Made by a program: the position numbers and the translations under genes. A DNA stretch of 64,000 bases from Rhodosorus marinus CCMP1338 (lineage: Eukaryota; Plantae; Rhodophyta), in contig JAMWBK010000006.1 in assembly GCA_029953675.1 (NCBI GenBank), forward strand, positions 1,488,001-1,552,000. The letters are read 5' to 3'. Below the pieces are notes generated by a model. The model had not been told where the DNA came from and searched no databases. It worked only from the letters and a program-made list of their open reading frames with translations. Positions 45,216-57,458 of the stretch are shown piece by piece. Within the stretch, counting starts at the first letter, position 1; each line of letters begins with the position of its first letter.

Positions 45216-46909
45216 CGTTAGCAAAAGTTGAGCATCCGGTGGAGGTCGAGGAAGGGAAAACGGTATGTGAAGAAGGACAAAATGAGGCTGACTTGAGTTT
45301 GCTTGTTTTGTTTTTTGTCTTTGTTTTTTGTTTGTTTCTGTGATAGACGCTTGTGTCGGTTTCCCGTTTCTGACGAGATTTATGCTCTGTTTGTAGGTAG
45401 CGGACCTTAAGGATAAAGTGGGAGAAAAGCTTGGATATGAGAACCCAAGAAATTGCACTTTGATTTCCAAAGGGGCGATTTTGAAGAATGAGAGCATGTT
45501 ATCTGAGGCAAATATCGTGGATGGAGGTTTCGTGGTTGTCATGCCGCCGAAGGCGGTAAAGAAGGCTGAAAAGAAGGTCGAGTTCATGCTGGGACAAGCT
45601 TCTGAAGAGCCTAAGGGAAAGCCTGATGAGCCCGTCAAGGTTCCGGCACCGGTAGAGACGCCCGAGCAGCAACCAGCTGGTAAGCGCAAGCGATCAACCC
45701 TACTTTTTCCCTCGAGCGGCGTTGCATGTATGCTAAGCTGGTGGTTGCTCTTATACATCCATCGCTGCTAGTACTAGAAGCCAATCCGGACAACCCCTTA
45801 CCGAGCCCCGCTGAGTATGAAGCAACCATCAAGAGTATTTGCGATATGGGTTTCGAAGAGCCGAGCGTTCGTGGCGCAATGCGCGCGGCGTTCAATAACA
45901 AGGATCGGGCAGTCGACTACCTACTTAGTGGCAACTTCGAGACAACCGAGCAGCAAACCACGACCGATGATGTTCAACCAAATACACCAACGTCTACGCG
46001 TTCTACTGAACCAGGCACACCGCCAAACACCGCTCGACGTATGTTTCGTGCTCTAGTTGAACAGACACATTGTGACCACGCTCTTGTGTGAAATCAATTT
46101 CTTAACTGTGTTTACTTCTCTCCACTGGATCAGCTACGCAACCCGCGCCGGCGGTAGCTTCGAACGAGCCTTTTAATATGTTTCAACCTCAGGTATGAAG
46201 AGTTCGAATGCACCACTGTATTCCTCAATCATTTGAAGAAACGTGGAATTTTTCTGACCAGCGTGGCGCATTTCGGTTTTCCCCTCGCACAGCCACGAAC
46301 CCCTACTGAGCCACCTCGAGGAAGCCCGACGGACCTCAACGCCCTAAGCAACCAAGACGCCTTGGACCTGATTAAACTGGCTGCACAGGAGAACATGCAA
46401 CTGCTGGGCGGGTTAATTCCCCGACTTCAAGAGAGCAACCCGGGACTTCTGCAAGAGCTAAGCAGAAACGACTGTCATGATCGACTTCTGGAGCCAATTG
46501 CCCCAGAGCAGGAAGCCCGATTGAGGGGTCTGTTGGTTAGGATAATTGAATCTGCGCTTACAGATCAAGTCGGTGAAATGTCGGAACGTCCAGGCATGGG
46601 CGAATCCGCTCCCCCACCCGGTGAGGCTCCCTAACCAGAGCAGGAAATCATCCCGCCGTCTGCTAACTCACGGTTTCGAATTGTTATGCAGGCGCGCACA
46701 CCGTTCAGCTCAACCAAGAAGAGCAGGCTCAGATCGAGAGACTAAAAAGCCAGTTCACACCCTTCGGAATCCAGACGCACCATATTCTCGAGGCATTTCT
46801 CGTGTGCAGAAGGAACGAAGAAGAAGCCGCGAATTACCTGCAGAACAACTGCTTTGAGCTTCTCGAGGACGCCGAAGAACCCCCAGCTGAGGATACGGGC
46901 AATTCCTAA
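45197..46909 (+). CDS. RAD23: RAD23 ubiquitin receptor / nucleotide excision repair protein (UBL-UBA-STI1-UBA), multi-exon
   Basis: UBL MKVIARTLAKVEHPVEVEEGKT|VADLKDKVGE...LISKGAILKN; UBA1 YEATIKSICDMGFEEPSVRGAMRAAFNNKDRAVDYLLSG; XPC-binding-like LLGGLIPRLQESNPGLLQEL; UBA2 VQLNQEEQAQIERLK...EAFLVCRRNEEEAANYL. Stop TAA at 46907-46909. Confidence 0.92.
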
Positions 46910-47122
46910 GTTCTCTCATTTCGGCGGTTGCGGTCCGAGCGTTATGGATGGGAACCAACATCCGGGTATGAACTACAGATCGCATTTGTTCTCCGCAGCA
47001 CAGAGTGTCGTGTTAAAAGAAAGGATAGGGCATCCCCAAGAATTGACGGTGGGGGGAGTACTGCTGGCAGCACTCTCCAGTCTCGTAGACTCCCAACGCA
47101 GGCACACGAGACGGGGACTTTA

Positions 47123-47152
47123 GCGTGTGTGCGTGTCTGTGTGTGTGTGTGT
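47123..47152. repeat. Imperfect (GT)n microsatellite
   Basis: gcgtgtgtgcgtgtctgtgtgtgtgtgtgt read directly. Confidence 0.8.
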
Positions 47153-47818
47153 TTTTGACTTTAAAAACAATAATGTTGAATCTAAGGAAGAGTGGGAGTT
47201 CCAAGATGAGAAAATTACCTAGGACATTAACAGCTTCATAAAAACGGAGGAAAAAAGAATGGGAATCCATCAGAGAAAGCTCAAGTGGATACGACACAGA
47301 CAAACCCCCCGCATCGACGAGATACCGAGCGTCAAACCTACCCTGAAGCCGTTACATCACGGAGGGAGAAAGATCCAGTGGGAAGCCTAATAGCTAATCA
47401 TATATAAGCACGTTTAAATATCTAGTCTTAAGTTTTGCTAAGATGTATGATTGGTTGTAACAAAGTATTATGTATGTTAATTGGATGAGGAGTAACGATA
47501 TTTTAGATTTTTTATATTACAATGAGGGAGATTCCTGTGGGGAATGCGTTTGCCATTGGCAGTGGGGATGGAAGCTCACAATGCAGAGTTCGTAACGAGG
47601 GCTGTACGGATGGTTTTCAATTTTAGGTTTCTTGAAGTTCTGGACTGTGTTAGATTTCGTTTCTGCTAGGTGTACTCTCGCAATCTCGTAAAGAGTTGTT
47701 TCTTCTTTTTTTGGGGGAGGGGGGGGGGGTTGAGCCCCAGCGCTGAACTGAGCGCAACTTTTAAGGCCAGGGGTGGCCGATAGCGAGTTTTCTTGCTTTC
47801 TTTTCTTCTCTGCTTTCG

Positions 47819-50800
47819 ATGGATAAGACTGTGAAGGAGGCTTTCATTGTGATTGTAGACGTCGGGTTGTTGGATGATAAGGACTCTGAGGTCATCTCAA
47901 AGTCAGCCTTCTCGCTGTTGGTCACTAGAATCTCGCGGTTCAAGAAGCAGGGGGATCTGTATGGTAAGAGAGGGAGGATCTGGACAGAGAAAGCTCGTAG
48001 CTTGTCATGCTCCATTTTTATGTCAGAATATCCGGCTCAGACCTCACCTGCATTACGTAGGTATCGTCAAGATGGGATGTAAACAACCGTCCAACAACCT
48101 TCACGACGAGTACGGCGGATACTCAAACGTTGACGTTGCCCATGAGCTGACAGACCCCGACGTAAAGCATCTACACACTCTCGAGAATCTTATTTCTGAA
48201 AAGGGTTTGTAGTTCAGATCCCCGTTTTCAGGAAGCCATTAAGAACTGATCACTGAGAGCCTCTTGTTGTACACAAAACTCTATTCAACAGGGAAATCAG
48301 ACTACATCGATGCCATTGTTGTTTCAGTAGACCATCTGCTCACTGTGACAAAAGGAAGGAAGGGCATCAAGCCACGGATTGCTCTTTTCTCCAACGGAAG
48401 GTAATTACCTTTCAAACAGATCCGGGTGAAAACAGACTTGTGGCAAAAGCCCTATCGCACGGATATCACTGTGCCCTCGTCGCACTGAGCATGCGGCTTC
48501 CTAGCTTGATCTCGGGGAATTCGCTCCAATCGTCTACGAAGTTCCTTGCACTTATCCGTTGCCTTTACTGGCTTGTGTTTTTCAGGGGCGTCATAACTGA
48601 AGAGGAGCAGCTTGAGAAGGTTATCGGCGGGATGCAATCGAACGGTATTCGCTTTGACCTGTTCTTGGCAGGTTCAGACTACACAGACTGTGTTCGCAAT
48701 GACGGTATTCCGATGGACAAGAGCATGACCGAGAAGCTTTACGAAATCATTCTCAAGAGAACAGACGATGAAACGTACGCGTTCAGTCTCGCTCATTTGA
48801 CCAGTATAGCACAGTCTTGTCAAGGTACTGGCTCACCATCGCCATAGTCTATTGCATGGTGACATCTTGAGCCTCAAACTGGTTGTCTACGCGTGCGTAG
48901 GCACAGTGATGTTCTTGAGCAACCCATCTACTAGGTTCGAACCAGTAGGTCCAAAAGTGAGCAAGTCCGGAGTCAAATTCAAGGGTACCTTCGACATGAC
49001 GACGAAAATCAAGATCCCAGTTCGAATCTTCGGGAGAATTATGCCCGAGAGGCCGCCCACGGCTCTAAAGCTTTCCCTGAAAGAGTCACAGACAACTCAG
49101 AAAGCCGTCCGTGCAAATGTGGAGACCGTGTAAGATCTCCAGCTAGTTGCGAGCGCGGGGCGATAGAGATCAAACAAAAATCACATGTCTCTGAATCGCT
49201 CTCTGGAATACCGATCATTTGACGAAAATAGGTACATTAATGAAGAGTCGGTCAACGTCCAGGACGAGCAACTTATCAAGGGCTACGCGTACGGACCCAA
49301 CTTCTTGCCTGTAAACACGATTGATGCCGTTTCGCTGCAATTTTCGGCACCAAAGAGGTTCTGTCTGTTGAGCGTCGTTCCAAAGCAGTCATTCAACAGA
49401 AGGTTACTTCTTGGTGAGCTTTGTGGATCATTTGTGAGAACGAGACTGCTGGAGGGAACGAGCGATCAGCTAGCCCCGATCTGACGCAGATGTCCCGGCT
49501 ATTTTCTACTCCAGGTCCTGTGGATTCGATGCTTCCGTTCCAAGAAGATGCCGCTGCTTTTAAGGCGTTCGCTGCGGTCTGGAAGGCAACTTTGGACTCC
49601 GACGAAATGCTGATAACGAGGTACTGTTCAGTATCTTGAAGATTCGGTATTGCGTTGACATACCGGGCCTGAGAACCTACTATTTCCACACCTCTAAAGG
49701 TTTGTGAAGAAGGAAGGCTCCAGTCCAGGTCTCACCGCAGCGTGGCCGCATCCAGAGACTGTAATGTTCTGTTTGTCACCCATCCCAACAGCAGAGGACG
49801 TGAGGGATAACTATTTCCTCAACTTCAAAGCACCGACTGAATCGCTTTCCGACGACCAGAGACGCGCTGCAGGTGCATTCTTTGATCGGAAGACCATGAA
49901 GGGTAGGTCCACCAGCCGTGAAAACTGCTTGCAGCTCTTAGGTTTCTCACCTTTATCTTGTTTTGTACAGACTGGACGGACGCTTCCGCGTGGGATGTAT
50001 CCGACGAGGGTAAGTTTTGCATCATAAGAAGGAATTAGGCAACGCGGTGTTTCCATCAAATTGAGAGGAAGCCGTTCCATGCGACTCTCACGACGACAAA
50101 ATTATTAGGATCCAGCAGCGACCTTGGTATTGCATTACCGCCATGGAATGTTGCAAACCCGCTGCTTCGTCATTTCCAGGACTGCATCACATCTCGGGCG
50201 ATTCACGGAGCAGGCTCGGATATGCCGGATCCCTCGCCTTTTGTCAAATCAATGAAGGACCTCACGGACAATCCAGGCGATAGGTAGGAGGACAAGACCA
50301 TCGCCTCATTGAAACAGGGCCTTCGTTGTGAAAGTCTTCTCAAGTGGCAGATTATCCCCTCTCCACCAACGCTCGGTTTGCAGCGATGAAGTGCTTCAGG
50401 TGTTCGGTGAAGTGAAAAGACGTCTACGAAGACAACCGGATTCGGACAGGAAGCGATTTGCCAAAGGAACGAACTACTATTTGGTTCCTGAATTGGACAA
50501 CTTCATGCCAGATTCCAAGCTGGGCGTACCCAAAGAGGTTAGAAACGGAAAATCACTTGCATAGTACCTTTCGGGCACTTTCGCCAGGCTAAACCTGGAA
50601 ATGTCAATATCCTGGCGGCATTCAGGTCGGAGAGATGCATCCTCTGGAAGACTTTAACGCAATGATTAGCTGCAAAACGGAGGACTTGTTTGAGGAGGCA
50701 ATCGCGTCGATGTTCTCAGTTTTTCAACGGCTAATAGGAGCCTCGGTTGATGGCGATCGGTTTGAAAAGGCCACAAGCTGTATCGCAGCTGTGCGAAGAG

Positions 50801-51222
50801 CGTGCCGAGCAAACGACGAGGAGAAACGGTGAGTGACTGTTCTCTGAACACAGAATTTTTTTTGGTGAGCTTAGGCGGCGTTGATTTGCTCTACCCAAAG
50901 GTTCAATGATCTCCTGGACGAGTTCGTAGCAAGCGCCGAAGGTGGCAACAAGAACGCCAAAAGCTACTTGGCACAGGTAGAAACGAAGACATCGGTTGCG
51001 AGCGCCCTTCAGATGCTGATCGTCCTTGAAGGAGACACGGAGCAAACGGCGCCAGAGGTAGTGGAAGGGATGCGGCAGCGCATGATCGCCGTGGCATCGT
51101 TAGAGGATAACGCCGCTTCCAAGAACCCGGACAGGATCGATCCAGTTGCTCACAATGAAGAACCCAAAAACGAAGGATCGGGAGACGACGACCTCGGGGG
51201 GATGATTGATGACATTGTATGA
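47819..51222 (+). CDS. KU80: Ku80 (NHEJ DNA end-binding subunit), many introns
   Basis: vWA start KEAFIVIVDVG; NNLHDEYGGYSNVDV; SDYIDAIVVSVDHL; core LIKGYAYGPNFLPV; C-terminal PK-binding-like domain LEDFNAMIS...FEKATSCIAAVRRAC...FNDLL; terminal GSGDDDLGGMIDDIV. Individual exon borders not all resolved. Confidence 0.9.
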
Positions 51223-51695
51223 AGTCAAATATTTAACTCCTACCGCCCTGAGCAACAGCACAGTAGTGGGACCGAATCGCGCCCTCGCCGAATCAACGCC
51301 ACTAGAATCAGGCCAACACAAGTCGCAAGGCGAAACCAAATTAAGTACATTTTTACACTCGGGGCTTCTGTCCCTTTTGCGGTGGTACGAGAACGTGTCA
51401 TAGGACAGGCCTAGCAGTTGCGAATCATGTTTCTGGATCAGATTCTAGACCAAGTGGTTGCTCCCAACAGAAAATCGAAACAGTCCAACAGAGCAGCGCT
51501 ATTTGACCTTCACGTTTGCCAGCCGCGCGGGTGGTCAACCCTCTGTGTCGAACCCGAACTGCTCAGGCATGATTGCGCCTCCTTTTAGTTTGGACTTGGA
51601 CTGACGTTTGCTGATCTGCAGCACGGGGGATCACGCCATTTCCTTTGTTAATACGGGTCAACAGTTATCGCTTTCTCGGAGGCTAATTGTGGAGG

Positions 51696-52670
51696 TCAGA
51701 GAAGATAATCGGAAATCTGTGCCTCCCTTCCAACGTCTGCGAAATCCCCTTGGAATCGTTTTCGTCTGAATTCTCCAAAGCTTAGTGCTTTGTATTTGCT
51801 GGCTGAGCAGCTTACCGGATCCGTCACGCTTTGAACAACGATGTCCGGTGACGGGTTCCAGAAAAATGCAATCGAAAGCCGGGGATCTGATGTTTCAGTT
51901 TTAACTCTGTGAAGAATTGAGCGGAATCGATCGTCGGAGAGAACCTGCAGCATGTCCGCAACGTTGAAACATAAAGCGTCCTCGACTGGTTTCACGGTCC
52001 GCCAGGCTTTGTCCTCGCGGTCCGAACCATCTCCGTCTCCCGTGTACACCTGAAGACCAGGAACGCCATTTGTAGCAAGCAGAGTGAAGAATCCAGCATC
52101 CGTATGTCTCTGGATCCCCAACGATGTCTCATGTTGTGAAAACTCTTCGACGTAGTAGTTCACTCTACAGAACGATGAGTGCCCTTCGAACAAACTCCGT
52201 ACGCTGTCCCACGGAAGGCCCAAACCGCGAGTGGTCAAGATTTTCGTCAGCTTCCAGCAAAGCTCTTCCACACGAGAAAAATACTCCTCCAAAGATCTCC
52301 TGAACTCCGGCAGCTCCTCAGGCCATCGATTTACGCCATCGACATCAACACCGCAATCCTTCCCGAAATCAAAGGCCTCCTTCGCGTCTCGTTCGTTCTT
52401 CGTCAGCTCGTCATTCATAAATCCCCGTGCATTGTCCTCGGATCTCTTCACCCGCATCTTCACGCCGCTATCAGACTTGAAGAAGCGCTCAGACTCTTCC
52501 CTCCCCTTCGCCAGCAGCTCAACCGGGATCCCATGTCCAACCAACTGCCCACATCCAAACCCTTCACAGGCTTTCACCAGCGCATCGAGCGTTTCAGAGG
52601 CTTCCTCGCCACTTTCATCCACCAGGAGGCATTCAATATTGATCAATGGTAACTCTACGAGCTCGTCCAT
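51696..52670 (-). CDS. 2-oxoglutarate/Fe(II)-dependent oxygenase (DIOX_N + 2OG-FeII_Oxy, IPNS-like), 324 aa, intronless
   Basis: N-terminal ACEGFGCGQLVGHGIP; iron ligands RHTD and HRV; 2OG-binding RLSIAFF; RVNYY. Confidence 0.92.
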   Translation of the reverse strand: MDELVELPLINIECLLVDESGEEASETLDALVKACEGFGCGQLVGHGIPVELLAKGREESERFFKSDSGVKMRVKRSEDNARGFMNDELTKNERDAKEAFDFGKDCGVDVDGVNRWPEELPEFRRSLEEYFSRVEELCWKLTKILTTRGLGLPWDSVRSLFEGHSSFCRVNYYVEEFSQHETSLGIQRHTDAGFFTLLATNGVPGLQVYTGDGDGSDREDKAWRTVKPVEDALCFNVADMLQVLSDDRFRSILHRVKTETSDPRLSIAFFWNPSPDIVVQSVTDPVSCSASKYKALSFGEFRRKRFQGDFADVGREAQISDYLL

Positions 52671-54189
52671 GTTTCTCGTAACAACTCGATGATGACCCTC
52701 CCAACTCCAACGACCCAGACCTCGACCTCAACGAAGAAGAAGAAGATATGTTGATTGTCTCACCCTGAAGCTGACGGCGGAGGGTTTACTTAACCCTCTA
52801 GAGGTTTCAATGCATTGGGAGCTCCTCGAGGCGGACGTTTCTGCAAGCTTCCTACTTGCTTGTCGCTTTGGCCAGTTTCCTCCAGAACAGTTGTCCTGGA
52901 GAGGATTTCTTCTGAAGCCGAACCGTTGACCATGCTCACGGGGAGTCCGAGGTAGCTGATTGTGCGACAGTTCTCTTCGGTGAAATCTGCGGGTTAACAC
53001 ATCCTCGGTTGCAGCTTCCAGAGTTTTTTGAGAAACTGATGTAGGGATGGTGGCTTCGGCTTCCTCTGTTGGGGCTCGGCCGGGCCATATTTTGCTTCCC
53101 CCTTTCTCGGTGACGTTTTCTCCCTCTTTTGCGGGCGATGGGATGAGTTGTATACTTTTGGAAAGGAGTTCATATGGAAAACAAAGGCTGGTGAATACCT
53201 TGCTGCTGCGGACAGAGCTGACGGGAGGAGATGCCAGGGAGAAGGCGAAGAATATTTCATTCGTAATGCGCATCCCCAGTCTTAGGATGTGAATTTGCCC
53301 ACAGCATCTTCGGGAGGTTTGGTCACCACAGACCAGCTCAACCAGCTTGTGTTGACTGGTTCGGTCCTTTTGACAGCCATAGATTAACGAATCCTTTACT
53401 GAGGATCGGCTGCTAAGACTCTGTGGACTGATTTGCTTTTGGAAACCTTCCCATGGTGGCCAAGAAGCGGACTAGGCAACTGCGATAAACCTCTCTTGAC
53501 AGGGAAAAAAAGGGGAGCGAAAATGTGAACTAAAGTGATGGAGCCACGGCGTAGTCTGGAATCTAATTCTACGGCAAAGCAATGCTTCTTTTGTTATGCA
53601 TGCGGCCGAGAAACATCTGATCTCCCAGTATTTCCCTCAGTTGGATTCTAGAACAATGAGATCTCCGTGAAAGGGGTTCGTGTATGTCTAGAGCCCCTTG
53701 TGAGTGTTTACGTTGCGTTGCGGTAGGTAAATGCCGAATCAAGGCTACGGGGGTGACTATGGAAGACTCTCCTGTGGACCACAGAGGTAGATCTCTGACT
53801 TCGCAAACGCCGCGGGACATCTGGCGAGTCTGGAGGACGGACAAGCGAGCAGTGGAAAAACGGAGCGATGCCTTCGAATCAAAGATGTTCACGGGTCTTA
53901 ACGAGATTGGCAAGTGGGCGGCACTGCCACCTGGGGGGGTACCACGTAAAAAGATACGAGTATCAACCTGTGTCTAAAAAGTGTAAAGAGTAAAATAAAG
54001 TATAAAAAGAGTCATTGGATTGGATCGCAAAAGGCTAGCTAGTTCCCAGATGCGCAATAGCGCACCTGCATTTGCATAACCTTTCTAAACATGCCATTTG
54101 CCGTCTGGTGGAGTTCACCGCGCGTCGATGACTCAGGTCCTGACACACGGTTCAGGGTAAGGGACAGATTGTCTTCCAATCTGCATCGG

Positions 54190-54494
54190 TGTGACGTCTC
54201 CACCTTCCAGCAATGTCCGGCTATGCAAAATTATGCTCGGGCTGTGCCAAAATCTCTGGAGGTGCAACACCCTTTTGAGCTTAATCGTTATTGCACATCC
54301 CGATGGAGCAAGAGTATAAGTACGATGGGTAAACTCGATATTCCCAGGTTAGCTGGAGAGAGAAGATAGAGAAGATAGAGAAGAACAAGATAGAATTGGG
54401 ATATATTACCTAATTTGGGAGTAATTAGGGGGGAATAAAATTCGAAATATGGAATAATTTGAGTAATACCCAGCTGGCAGTTGGAGACGTGAAA
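54190..54494 (+). repeat. 5' LTR (305 bp), TGTGACGTCTCCA...TGGAGACGTGAAA
   Basis: Matches 57454-57755 apart from a short indel near the 5' end and two substitutions seen by eye. Confidence 0.93.
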
Positions 54495-54837
54495 TCTGGT
54501 CTCATCGCCATCTTGTGTCATGTTTCCTGCAAATCTCGCGCCATATAAATCCTGCACATCTCGTGTCTAATATATCCTGCACGTCTCGTGATCATCAGTC
54601 TGCCAGCTGTCTCGCCATCCGTGAATGCCAGGTCTCCTACCTCATTCACATTGGTACTCGGGATCGAAAAAATCGGGGGTCACGATTACGTCATCACCCA
54701 CCACGCGCAACTCTCTCGCCATGGTAAGCGCCCTCCTTTTTTTTTTGGCCATAGTGGTCAGGGCTCCACTAGTTCCACCTCATCCGAACCAAAATGGTCA
54801 AAAGCTCATAAACCCTCAGTCACTCCATCAAAAGCTC

Positions 54838-55144
54838 ACCATAACCCTTTGCGTTTTCTACACTCGCAAAAGGAGCTAACCAAAAGACAAGCGAGATATG
54901 TAAATCGCTTACTGCTGTTCTCCTTTGACATCGAGTACAAGAAGGGAACAGAAAATATCGCGGATCCTCTCAGTCGAGGCGCGATCAACCAGATGGCGAT
55001 CTCCAGTATCTTACCCTACGAAGATTGGTCAGGAGCTTACTTGCAAGATCCAGATTTCGCCGCAGTTTACTCTGAAGCAGCAAAGTACGCGGAGCAAGGA
55101 CTTCGTAGAAAGCGGGACATCTTGTACAAACATCATCGCGTTTG
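54838..55144 (+). repeat. 307-bp direct duplicate of pol segment 55810-56116
   Basis: Offset 972 bp; two mismatches seen (54916/55888 and 55101/56073). Confidence 0.92.
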
Positions 55145-55837
55145 AGTGTAGAAAACGCAAAGGGTTATGGTCGGTGCGAAGCACGAAGCGTTGCGCCTCT
55201 ATATATGTCCGCCAGTGTAGTATTGCCAGGGTCAACGCGTATAACTCTCGTTCGTATGTTGAATATTTTTCCTCCGTAGTGGTGAATCGCTGTGAGAAGT
55301 ACGCAATTGGATGTTCTCCATCTTCAAAGGTTTGCAACAACACAGCCCCTACTCCCCGCAGTAGTTGCAAGCAATGTTGGTGTAGTTACGCTTCTGCAGC
55401 GCTTGCGTTCCGGGTTGGTAAATGCGTCCAGACCTAAATTCCGTGGTAGCATAGGGGGAGTTCAACAGTTGCCATCCTACAGCAGGGGCGGAGGCAATGA
55501 ACAGGAACAGATGCACGGCGTTGGACAACACCCCCCACGGAATTTAGGTCTGGACGCATTTACCAACCCGGAACGCAAGCGCTGCAGAAGCGTAACTACA
55601 CCAACATTGCTTGCAACTACTGCGGGGAGTAGGGGCTGTGTTGTTGCAAACCTTTGAAGATGGAGAACATCCAATTGCGTACTTCTCACAGCGATTCACC
55701 ACTACGGAGGAAAAATATTCAACATACGAACGAGAGTTATACGCGTTGACCCTGGCAATACTACACTGGCGGACATGTATAGAGGCGCAACGCTTCGTGC
55801 TTCGCACCGACCATAACCCTTTGCGTTTTCTACACTC
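55144..55837. repeat. 303-bp inverted repeat (55144-55446 / 55535-55837) with an 88-nt loop
   Basis: Arms are reverse complements with one mismatch seen (55204/55777); the ORF track gives mirror translations on both strands. Confidence 0.95.
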
Positions 55838-57458
55838 GCAAAAGGAGCTAACCAAAAGACAAGCGAGATATGTAAATCGCTTACTGCCGTTCTCCTTTGA
55901 CATCGAGTACAAGAAGGGAACAGAAAATATCGCGGATCCTCTCAGTCGAGGCGCGATCAACCAGATGGCGATCTCCAGTATCTTACCCTACGAAGATTGG
56001 TCAGGAGCTTACTTGCAAGATCCAGATTTCGCCGCAGTTTACTCTGAAGCAGCAAAGTACGCGGAGCAAGGATTTCGTAGAAAGCGGGACATCTTGTACA
56101 AACATCATCGCGTTTGTGTGCCGCGGAAATTCGTACCGGACTTGCTGCGGAAACACCACGAAGAGCCAACGGGGGGACATTTTGGCCTTCATAAGACGGT
56201 GAACCTGTTAAAGAGGCGTTATTACTGGCTGACCTTAAGAGACGATGTTCAGTCCCTGATCCGAACCTGTGAAATCTGCCAACGGCAAAAACCACTGAGA
56301 GCTTCTCAGGGATTTCTACAACCACTTCCTGTACCTGAGTCAAAGTTGGAGGACATCACCATGGATTTCATTGTTAGTCTTCCCATGACTAAGTCCGGAG
56401 CTGACGCAATTCTAGTGATTGTTGACCGTTTCTCAAAATACGCGAAATTTATCGCTACAAGGACGGATGCAGACGCTCGTATGACGGCAGAGCTGTTTTT
56501 CGAACACTGGGTGCGTTTTGCAGGCTTACCGCGGACGATAGTCTCCGATCGAGATTCCAAGTTTACCGGGCTCTTTTGGCAGCAACTAATGAGGATGCTT
56601 AAGATCAAGACTCACCTAAGTACGGCCTATCACCCGCAGACGGACGGACAAACAGAGCGGGTCAACCAAACCTTGGAGACTTACCTCCAGTGTAACAGTA
56701 GCCAAGCGTCATGGGACTCTGATCTTCCCATGGCGGAGTTGGTCTACAACACGCAGATTTCGGAGTCTACTAAATATTCGCCCTTCGAACTTCTGTACGG
56801 ACGAAACCCTGAGCTACCGGGAACATTAATAGTACCACGTGCAGAGGAGGCTATCGTTTCTCCCTTACCTGAGGCAGCCGAAGTTCTTCTACGACATCAA
56901 CACGACCAATGCCTGGAGGCACGAAACAACATGCTTTATGCTAAGCAAATCCAGAAGATACGATATGATGCGAGACGGCGTAATCCTGACTTTGCCCCTG
57001 ACGAGCTGGTCTTATTATCGACCAGAAACCTGCCATTGCAAGACCCTAAACCGTTTCGGCCGCGGTACATCGGCCCTTTTCGCATCAAACGGAAGATAAA
57101 TGATGCCGCCTATACGCTAACGTTGCCAGCAGAGATGAAGATACATCCAACGTTCCACGTTTCCCTGCAGAAGAAACTTATGGGAACCCCCGACAACGTT
57201 CAACTCAACATACCCGATTTTGCGGCTGAAGTAACAGGAGGCGAAATCAAATCCGTACTTGGTCATCAGATGAAACCAGAGGGAACCAGCGAATATATGG
57301 TATACTTCGAGGGGGAAACAGTAGCTGATGCTCGATGGATTGCAGCTCACCAGTTGCCACAAACCTCTGCTACAAAAATGCAAATTCGCTACTACATGAA
57401 CTTTCATCGTGCTGCTGAATCTGCCCGACCCCGCGCTTCTTCGGTGCGAGGGATGTGA
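55611..57458 (+). pseudogene. Truncated pol: RNase H (N-terminally deleted), integrase (HHCC, DDE, GPY/F) and chromodomain
   Basis: GVGAVLLQ...IAYFSQ...YERELYAL...TDHNPL; HHEEPTGGHFG...CEICQ; MDFIVSLP, IVSDRD, HPQTDGQTERVN; YIGPFRI...HPTFHVS; chromodomain IKSVLGHQ...EYMVYFEG...ARWI. Confidence 0.92.
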
